Below, in pieces: positions 56,844 through 64,000 of a stretch of DNA of 64,000 nt. The notes under the pieces were generated by a model. It was not told the origin of the DNA and made no database searches. It saw only the letters and a list, made by a program, of their open reading frames with translations. Location of the stretch: positions 4,288,001 to 4,352,000 of the forward strand of contig OZ252299.1 of the NCBI GenBank assembly GCA_965250285.1. The letters run 5' to 3'. The stretch comes from Myxococcota bacterium (GTDB lineage Bacteria; Myxococcota_A; UBA9160; UBA4427). Position numbers and translations under genes: made by a program. How positions within the stretch are numbered: the first letter of the stretch is position 1; every line of letters starts with the position of its first letter.

Positions 56844-59417
56844 CTATGCGTCGCCCGACGCCGCGGCGGAGTGGGTGGACACCCGCGCATGGATCGCGAC
56901 GCGCACCGCGTCGGCCAGGGCGCTGGGTTCGTAGGGCTTCTGCAGAAAGTGGGCGATCCCGAGGGCGCCGAAGCGCGCCAGGGCGTCGGCCTCGGGGTAG
57001 CCGCTCGACAGGATCAGCGGGATGTCGGGATCGAGGGCGCGCATGCGCCGAGCCGTCTCGACGCCATCCATCCGCGGCATGGTGAGGTCGAGCACCACGC
57101 ACTGCACCTGGTGGTGATGCTTCTCGAAGAACTCGAGCCCTTCGACCCCGTCGCTGGCCTGGTCGACGTGCAGCCCGCGGCGTTCGAGCACGGTGGCGGC
57201 AAAGTCGCGGGCGGCCTCGTCGTCTTCGACGAGCAGCACGCGACCCCCGACGAGGTCGGTCTGAAGCGGCCGCGCAGGTGCGGCGGGCGCCTCGGACGCT
57301 ATGTCGTCGATCCAATCGACCGGCGGCAGCAGCACCGTCATCGTCGTCCCCGCGCCGGGCGCACTCGCAATGCTCAGGCCCCCGCGATAGCGGCGCACGA
57401 TGCCCAGCACGGCGGCCAGCCCGAGGCCGCGCCCCTGGAACTTCGTCGAATAGAACGGCTCGAAGAGGCGACGTCGCGTCTCCTCCTCCATGCCACCGCC
57501 GTCGTCTGTGACGCGCAGCAGCACGTAGCGACCCGGTTCGAGGGTCTCGCCCAGCAGCACGTCGGCGAGCATGGCGCGGTCGACGTCTTCGATGGCCACA
57601 TGGATATCGACGCGACCCGGTCCGTCGCCGATCGCTTCGGCGGCGTTCGTGATGAGATTGAGGACCACCTGACGCAGCTGGCTCGGATCGGCTTCGACCC
57701 CGACCGGCTCTGCGCTGACGTCGACCTCGAGCGCGATCGTGCTCGGGATCGAAGCGCGCAATAGCTCCTGCATCTCGTCGACGACGTCGCGCAGATCGAC
57801 GCGCTCTTCGACCACCGAGCCCATGCCGGCGTAGGCGAGCATCTGCTTGCAGAGATCGGCCGCCCGGCGCGCCGCGCGCTCGATGCGGGTCAGGCTTCGT
57901 TGGGCCGGATGATCGGAGTCGAGGTCTTCGCGGGCCAGACTCGCGTGGCCGAGCATCGCGACCAGCAGGTTGTTGAAGTCGTGTGCGATGCCGCCAGCGA
58001 GCCCACCCAGGCTCTCGAGTCGCTGGGTTTCCTGAATGCGCGACTCGAGCTGGGCGCGCTCCTCTGCGGCGCGCCTTTGATCGGTGAAATCGAGGGCGAC
58101 CCCGTCGAGGCGCCGGCCCTCGTGCGTCTGGGTCACGCTCACCCGCTGACGGATGAAGCGCACCTCGCCGCCCTCGCGCACGATGCGGTACTCGCTGGCG
58201 GCCTCGTCGAGATCGCCGCGGATCAGCGCACGATACGTGCTCCGAACGCGCTCACGATCCTCGGGGTGGACGAGGTGGCCCCAGTTCGTGTGCTTCTCGA
58301 GGTCGTGCATCGTGTGACCGCTGATCACCTCGATGAAGCGCGACTGATACCGAACTTTCACCGTGCCGTCGGGCAGAGCCAACGTGCTCCACACGTAGGC
58401 GGGCAGCGAATTGACGACCGACGCGAGCTCGTCGCGCGCGGCCTTCTCGGCGACCTCGGCCTGGGTGCGGCGGGTGACCTCTCGAGCCAGCCGCGAGTTG
58501 GCCACGCGCAGGCGCTGATTGCGCAGCCGTCCCATCCAGGCACTGCGAAGCGCCGTGGTCAGCAGAAACGCGACGACGATCCCGCCCATCAGCAGGATCG
58601 CAGGCAACGGGGTGAGGTACGTGCGGACAACGGCCGGCGACGGCGACACGGTGACGGTCCAGGTCTGATTGCCGACCGACACGTCGGCCGACCGCGCGTA
58701 CCGCATGACGCCATCGACGCTCCGGCGATCCCCGAGCCGACCCATCGTGCCCGTGATCTCGACGTCATAGCGGGTCGCGACGTGCGTCATCAGCGACTCC
58801 ATCACGACCGAGCCTTCGTAGATGCCGACGAGGTACCCGGCCGACTCGCCATCGACGATCAGCGGGTACGTGATGGCGAAGCCGATCTCGCCCGAGATGA
58901 GTTCGAGCACGGGCGAGACGTACCCCGCCGTCCAGCGCGAGGCGCCGTCGTACTCTGTGTGATTCTCGGCGAGCTGCTCGATGCGGCGCCCGACGGTCGA
59001 CTCGACCCCCGGGACCGACACCATCCAGCGTATGACGAAGTCGGGGTCGACCCACTGGATCGATCGGATGTAGTCGAAATCCTTGATCAGCCGGCCGGCA
59101 TGCGGGCCGAACTGGGCCTCGCCGATGCCTTCGGGGCTCGACCAGCGCGCGCGCAGACGGGAGAGCGCCGACAGCTGCGCCTGCATGCGCAGATCGATCG
59201 TGCCGGTGATCTCGCGGAGTGCGCCGTCCGTCGCTTCTTCGAGCGCGAGTCGTTGGGCGGCGTATTGCTGCTCGGCGACGACGACGGTGCCGCCGAGCAC
59301 GGCCAGCCCGATCAGGAGCGGGACCCAGCGCACCGCTCCGGCTTCGCGGGGCAGCAGCAGCCCGAAGGGCGATGAAGCCCTCGTCGCACGAGTCGAGCTC
59401 GCGTCGTCCGAAGCCAC
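56844..59417 (-). CDS. hybrid sensor histidine kinase (CHASE-like periplasmic domain, PAS, HisKA, HATPase, receiver)
   Basis: 2 TMs, VHPED PAS, GGIAHDFNN, NL..NA, D.G.GM, GRGLGL, VEDD...LDL.MP...KP; AAGGAGG SD. Confidence 0.95.
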   Translation of the reverse strand: MASDDASSTRATRASSPFGLLLPREAGAVRWVPLLIGLAVLGGTVVVAEQQYAAQRLALEEATDGALREITGTIDLRMQAQLSALSRLRARWSSPEGIGEAQFGPHAGRLIKDFDYIRSIQWVDPDFVIRWMVSVPGVESTVGRRIEQLAENHTEYDGASRWTAGYVSPVLELISGEIGFAITYPLIVDGESAGYLVGIYEGSVVMESLMTHVATRYDVEITGTMGRLGDRRSVDGVMRYARSADVSVGNQTWTVTVSPSPAVVRTYLTPLPAILLMGGIVVAFLLTTALRSAWMGRLRNQRLRVANSRLAREVTRRTQAEVAEKAARDELASVVNSLPAYVWSTLALPDGTVKVRYQSRFIEVISGHTMHDLEKHTNWGHLVHPEDRERVRSTYRALIRGDLDEAASEYRIVREGGEVRFIRQRVSVTQTHEGRRLDGVALDFTDQRRAAEERAQLESRIQETQRLESLGGLAGGIAHDFNNLLVAMLGHASLAREDLDSDHPAQRSLTRIERAARRAADLCKQMLAYAGMGSVVEERVDLRDVVDEMQELLRASIPSTIALEVDVSAEPVGVEADPSQLRQVVLNLITNAAEAIGDGPGRVDIHVAIEDVDRAMLADVLLGETLEPGRYVLLRVTDDGGGMEEETRRRLFEPFYSTKFQGRGLGLAAVLGIVRRYRGGLSIASAPGAGTTMTVLLPPVDWIDDIASEAPAAPARPLQTDLVGGRVLLVEDDEAARDFAATVLERRGLHVDQASDGVEGLEFFEKHHHQVQCVVLDLTMPRMDGVETARRMRALDPDIPLILSSGYPEADALARFGALGIAHFLQKPYEPSALADAVRVAIHARVSTHSAAASGDA

Positions 59418-59529
59418 CCGGCCTCCTTACACCCCCGTACCAGCCAGACTAGCAGAGGCGCGTGTTCACAATGGAAACGAATTCGGTCGGCATCGCGCAC
59501 GCGGACGACTTCGTTCGCACGCGCGTTCG

Positions 59530-62010
59530 CTACCGCCCGAAGAGCCCGTCGATCCCGCGCTGAATGTCCTGCTCGATGCCCTTCGACCCCGAACCGGACG
59601 TGTCGGATCCGTCCTGTGATTCTTCGGGCGCATTCGACGTTTCCGAATTCGATGCCTCATCGGACTTTTCGCGGCGTCCAGATCTGAGCAGGCCCTCGAG
59701 CGCGGATGTCGCGGTGCCGACGGCGGTCTTGGTGAGCGCCTGACCGAGGTACTTCTCGTCGACCTTGACCGTCGGATCGGTCACGTCGCCGGTGATCTCG
59801 ACGGGCACCACCAGGCGACCGACGTGATCGAGCAGATGCTGCGTGGGGCCCGCTACACCGACGAGACTCGTCGCCAGGGCCGGGCTGCTCTTGAACTCGG
59901 TCTTCAGGTCGACCGATCCATCGAGGCCGATCGTCCCTCCCCCGACCAGCCCGAAGTCGTCGGTCTCGAGCGCCAGATCGTTCGTTCGCAGCTTGCCCTG
60001 TTCGATCTCGACGTCGGCGCCCATCTCTTTGAATACGGTGTTCCCCGTCGAGAAGACGCGGGGATGCTTCTCTTTCACCTTCGGCGAGATCCATCCCGAC
60101 AGACCCGGCACGCCCGTCGCTCCCCGCAACACCTCCTCAGCGAGGTTGACGTTGATCAGCTCACCGTCGTGGATGTCGATGCGGCCCTGCCCCATGAGGC
60201 TCTTGAGGAGCGCATCGGTGTCGAGCCCCTGTGCACCGAGAGCGAGGTCGGTATCGATGCTCCCCGCGACGACGGCCCCCGCTGCCGGAAAGTAGACGCT
60301 CACGATCTCGGCGGCCTGCACACCGCTCAGCGTGAGCTTGCCGCTGTAGCTGGGCGATTCGGCGTCGGTCTCATCGAGCGCGCCGTTCATCGAGATCGCA
60401 CCGCCGAGCATCTTCGCCGTGAGCGCTTCGAGCTGCATCCGCGCCCCGTCGACGCTCGCGCGACCTTCCAGCTCGGTGTAGTCGATGCTCTGAAGCCGAC
60501 CGTTCGGCGATGCGAAGCGGACGTCGGCGACGAGATCGTCGCTGCGCAGGTCGGCACGACCGACCGCGCGGAGCGCGCGCAGCTGGTCGTCTTGCTCGGT
60601 GCCCGGCTCGAGCACGCCGACCGCGGCGAGCGGCAGGGTCGGCGCGTCGAGCGCGAACCGCACCTCGGGCGCGTTCAGATCGGCGACGTCGGCCTCGAGC
60701 TTCATGCCCGCCCCGCCGACGTCGAAGGTCGTGTCGCGCAGCTCGGCCGCCTTGCCCTTCAGCGTGAGGCGGGCTTCGAGGTGCTCGACCGGCGGCGTGT
60801 CGGCCATGCGAACCGCGACATCGGTGAGCGAAACGGTGCCGTCGAGGCTCGGCAGATCTTCCGAAGACGACTTGCCCCGCGCCCGCACGTCGAGGTTGAC
60901 GCGGCCCTCCACCGGAATCCCCGCCGCCGCAGGCAAGAGCTCCCCCCAGCCCCCGAGCGGCACGTCACTGCCGCGCACGCGCGCGTCGTACGCGCCGGCT
61001 GCGTCGAGCCCGACCTTGGCCTGACCGTCCACGCGGGCGCCTGCGAGCGTGAATGCGAATGCATCGACGGTCGCCGTTTCGGTCTGTGCCTGGCCCTGGG
61101 CCTCGAGCTGCAGCGGCGTCGCCGGCTTCTTGACGAGATCGCTGCCCATCTCGAGATCGGCCTGAAGAGCGTCGACGTTGACGTTGAAGCGCACGTCGTC
61201 GGGCGTTCCCGAGGCAGAGAGGCTCGCGTCGAGGGTGCCCCCCATGCGCGTGTCGGCGGGCAGCGCCGCGGCGACGTCTTCGAGCTTCGCGACGTCGGCG
61301 AGCGAGAGCGCGTCGAGGGTGAAGTCGACGTCGAACTCGAGCGGGGTATCGCCGGCGCCGAGCACCGGCCCGGCCGTCCCCTCGCCAAAGAGATTCGGCG
61401 AATCGGCGCCGAGCAGGCTGGCCGACAGCGTGAAGTGAAGAGGCGCCGAGGGCCCGATGTCGTCGACCTCGAGGTCGACGTGGTCGATGACCGACTCGAC
61501 CACCTCATCGCCCGTTCGGTCTTCGAAGACGACGCGTCCGTCCGAGATGCGAAGCGCAGAGATGGTGAGGTCGAGCGGCGACGCCTCTTCGGTCTCGGGG
61601 GTCGCCGTCGCCTCGTCTTCAGGGATCATGCTCTCGAAGCTGAAGCCGCGCGCATCCCGAATGATGCGGATGTCGGGCGCAGCCAGCACGATCTCGCCGA
61701 TCTCGATGCGCCCGAAGAGCGCGGGCAGAATCGAGATGCGCACGACGCCGGTGTCGAGCGTCAAAAAGGACGCGTCGCCGTAGCTCGGATCCTCACCGAT
61801 GCTCAGCCCGTCGATCCGCACGCCGAAGCCACCCCAGAGCTGCACTCCGAGATCGTCGATGGTCACGGGTCGGCCGATCGCCGAGCCGATCTCCTCTTCG
61901 ATCATGTCCTGGTTCTCGTCGAGCCACGCGTCGAGGTTCATCGCCGCCACGGCGACGACGGCCACCACGATCACCGCGAGGCCACCGATGACGATCCATC
62001 GCTTCTTCAT
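59530..62010 (-). CDS. AsmA family protein
   Basis: N-terminal TM anchor, GRPV.I, L.G.IEI..I.L..P.I; long beta-rich body; G.G.I.I.DG, VP..I.G...DP. Confidence 0.88.
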   Translation of the reverse strand: MKKRWIVIGGLAVIVVAVVAVAAMNLDAWLDENQDMIEEEIGSAIGRPVTIDDLGVQLWGGFGVRIDGLSIGEDPSYGDASFLTLDTGVVRISILPALFGRIEIGEIVLAAPDIRIIRDARGFSFESMIPEDEATATPETEEASPLDLTISALRISDGRVVFEDRTGDEVVESVIDHVDLEVDDIGPSAPLHFTLSASLLGADSPNLFGEGTAGPVLGAGDTPLEFDVDFTLDALSLADVAKLEDVAAALPADTRMGGTLDASLSASGTPDDVRFNVNVDALQADLEMGSDLVKKPATPLQLEAQGQAQTETATVDAFAFTLAGARVDGQAKVGLDAAGAYDARVRGSDVPLGGWGELLPAAAGIPVEGRVNLDVRARGKSSSEDLPSLDGTVSLTDVAVRMADTPPVEHLEARLTLKGKAAELRDTTFDVGGAGMKLEADVADLNAPEVRFALDAPTLPLAAVGVLEPGTEQDDQLRALRAVGRADLRSDDLVADVRFASPNGRLQSIDYTELEGRASVDGARMQLEALTAKMLGGAISMNGALDETDAESPSYSGKLTLSGVQAAEIVSVYFPAAGAVVAGSIDTDLALGAQGLDTDALLKSLMGQGRIDIHDGELINVNLAEEVLRGATGVPGLSGWISPKVKEKHPRVFSTGNTVFKEMGADVEIEQGKLRTNDLALETDDFGLVGGGTIGLDGSVDLKTEFKSSPALATSLVGVAGPTQHLLDHVGRLVVPVEITGDVTDPTVKVDEKYLGQALTKTAVGTATSALEGLLRSGRREKSDEASNSETSNAPEESQDGSDTSGSGSKGIEQDIQRGIDGLFGR

Positions 62011-62115
62011 GCAAGGTCCCCCCGACCCGATTTCGACACCACGCAGGCGAAGAAGGTGCCGATGTGCCTGCCTCCGCACGAACGGCGGCGCCGTGTGCGA
62101 GTGCCTTGCCCGGCT

Positions 62116-62868
62116 CTAGTGCCGAAACGCGACCAGGCCGCCGCCATCCATGACGAGCGTCTGGCCCGTGATCCAGCTGCCGCCCTCCGACGCGAGATAC
62201 GTCGCCGCGGCCGCGACGTCCTCGGGCGTGCCCAGACGTTGAAGCGGGTAGCGTCGAATCGCGCGGGCCTCACCCTCGCCCTCCCACAGGGCGCGGGCGA
62301 AGTCGGTCTTGATCAGCCCCGGTGCGATCGCGTTGACGCGCACCTTCGGGCCGAGCTCGGCAGCGAGCTGTTGGGTGAGGTGGATCAGCGCCGCCTTCGT
62401 CACGTCGTAGGTGCCGATCACCGGGCTCGTCGAGAGGGCGCCGACGCTCGCAATGTTGAGGACGACCCCGCCGTGCTCCTGCATCGCCTTCTGCCACGCG
62501 GCCTGGGTCCATAGGAGCGGCGCCGTGAGATTGATCTCGAACGTCTTGTCCCAGCGGGCGCGGTCGATGTCGATCGTCAGCCCGGCATAGGGGCTCGTCG
62601 CGGCGTTGTTCACCAGGATGTCGAGGCCACCGAGGCGCCCGATCGTCGCGTCGATCACCCGGGCCCGGTCTTCGTCGTGACCGATGTGCCCTGGCTCGAA
62701 CTCGACGCCGCCTCCGATCTCACGCGCGGCCTCCTCGCAGCTCTCGGCCTTGCGCGAAGTGATCATCACCCGCGCCCCCGCACCCGCGAACGCAGCAGCA
62801 ATGCCCTTGCCGATGCCCCGCGAGCCGCCGGTCACCAGCGCCACCTTGCCAGAAAGATCGAGCTTCAT
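62116..62868 (-). CDS. short-chain dehydrogenase/reductase
   Basis: TGGSRGIG, NNAA, YDVTK, RVNAIAPG; GGAGG SD. Confidence 0.95.
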   Translation of the reverse strand: MKLDLSGKVALVTGGSRGIGKGIAAAFAGAGARVMITSRKAESCEEAAREIGGGVEFEPGHIGHDEDRARVIDATIGRLGGLDILVNNAATSPYAGLTIDIDRARWDKTFEINLTAPLLWTQAAWQKAMQEHGGVVLNIASVGALSTSPVIGTYDVTKAALIHLTQQLAAELGPKVRVNAIAPGLIKTDFARALWEGEGEARAIRRYPLQRLGTPEDVAAAATYLASEGGSWITGQTLVMDGGGLVAFRH

Positions 62869-63037
62869 CCCACCTCCTCAGATCTCGGGAGTCTACGCGC
62901 TCTCGTGTCGTGGTGTGGGTGGGTTTGCATGGATCGTCGGACGCAGAACCGCGCGCCGAACGATCCCATCGAGCCGAATCGCGCGAACGGTGCGATCGCT
63001 GCGGGCCGAACGCGCTCCGCGCGGTGCGTCCTGCGGC

Positions 63038-63685
63038 CTAGAGCAGGGGCGAGTACGGCATCGGGAAGAGCCGCATCATGCGCTCGCGCGGCGCCACCTC
63101 GCGCAGCGGGCCGAAGAAGCCCGCCTCCATTGCCGGGTCGGCCGGCGCGTAGGGCAGCTGCCCCGGGTTGCCGCGCCAGAGGTCGATCACGCGGCTCGGA
63201 TCGCCGACGACGTCGCGCCACGACGCGAGGATCGGCAGCTGGGCTGCGCCCATGCCGAGCAGCTTCTTGAAGTCGGCCATCCGGCCGGGCAGGACCTCGA
63301 GGATCGCGAACGTGTACTCGCCCGCCGGCTTCTCGCTGGCCTTCGCAATGCCCGCGTCGAGGCTCTCGGCAGCCACGGGCCCGAGATCTTCGAGCAGCGT
63401 CGTGCCGCGCGTCGGCGCGAGCGCTTCGTCGACGCTGCGCAGGCCGGCGAACTCGCTCCCCTCTTCGACCGATCTACGAGCGCGGTCGAAGGCGGCGAGG
63501 TCTTCGAAGGCCGTCACGTGGGTCACCTGGAAGAACCACTCCTCCGTCGAGAAGAAAGCCGCCTTCAGCTGCCCGCCCTCCGACGCCCAGCCGGGCACCA
63601 GCGTCTTCTCGGCATGCTCGATGAATCGGTCCCGCGTGGCGGGCGAGGCCGGGTGCAGGTCGAAGGTCTGCTTCAGAAAGATCAT
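63038..63685 (-). CDS. tandem NIPSNAP-like (dimeric alpha/beta barrel) protein
   Basis: Two repeats with V.H/D..F/W pattern; C-terminal L.P.PYSPL. Confidence 0.7.
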   Translation of the reverse strand: MIFLKQTFDLHPASPATRDRFIEHAEKTLVPGWASEGGQLKAAFFSTEEWFFQVTHVTAFEDLAAFDRARRSVEEGSEFAGLRSVDEALAPTRGTTLLEDLGPVAAESLDAGIAKASEKPAGEYTFAILEVLPGRMADFKKLLGMGAAQLPILASWRDVVGDPSRVIDLWRGNPGQLPYAPADPAMEAGFFGPLREVAPRERMMRLFPMPYSPLL

Positions 63686-63918
63686 CGCGTCGTCCTCGGT
63701 GTCGTGTGTCGCTCACGCGGACCGCGCGCGCCGACGAGGGCTCGCCCCTCATCGTGCTCGCCCGCGGGCCGTACACCCAAGGCTAGGAGGCGTCTTCGCT
63801 CGACTCCACCCCCGTTGCCTGCTGGTGGATCGACGGGATGTCGATGAATCGTCTGGACCGTCGAGATGTCGTCTCGCGGCGCTAGATTGAGCGCGATCCG
63901 ACGTGTAAAGGAGCCGCC

Positions 63919-64000
63919 ATGGAAACCAGCGAGACCCGCGACCGCGTCGACCGCGCCCTGGCCCGCATCCACGCCCACGCCGACGAGGACGACCGGGGGT
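63919..64000 (+). CDS. hypothetical protein, partial (5' end only)
   Basis: AAGGAG SD then ATG; METSETRDRVDRALARIHAHADEDDRG stays open to the window edge. Confidence 0.6.
   Translation, partial: METSETRDRVDRALARIHAHADEDDRG

Noticed and set aside
63682..63978. 98-aa minus-strand ORF upstream of the NIPSNAP-like gene
   Set aside because: No motifs, and it overlaps the better-supported plus-strand gene start at 63919

Overview
A gene-dense, very GC-rich (about 70% by eye) bacterial chromosome segment with about 58 protein genes. I found no rRNA, tRNA, CRISPR array or transposase. A PEP-CTERM protein, an MlaC-like protein, AsmA and an RND pump indicate a diderm cell; the overall style suggests a Myxococcota-like lineage (inference only). 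Content is mostly lipid and aromatic catabolism: BVMO, a DntD-like ring-cleavage dioxygenase plus FAH, two carotenoid/stilbene-cleavage oxygenases, a Rieske dioxygenase, SDRs, WS/DGAT and a CoA-transferase III. There are also many TetR regulators, mddA and glnB. Highlights: (1) a B12-photoreceptor CarH sits divergent from a 7-gene, translationally coupled, furan/cyclopropane-fatty-acid-type photo-oxidative stress operon, with 11-bp phased repeats over both promoters and no carotenoid genes nearby; (2) many genes have an apparent leaderless architecture, with TAnnnT 6-8 nt before the start and no SD; (3) two duplicated gene junctions create mini-ORFs that would preserve translational coupling; (4) an MlaC-like lipid shuttle is embedded in an ABC-2 exporter operon; (5) the TetR upstream of the RND pump is interrupted by a nonsense codon; (6) several apparent pseudo-enzymes or pseudo-domains, and long palindromes. 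All calls come from motif recognition by eye; no searches were run.
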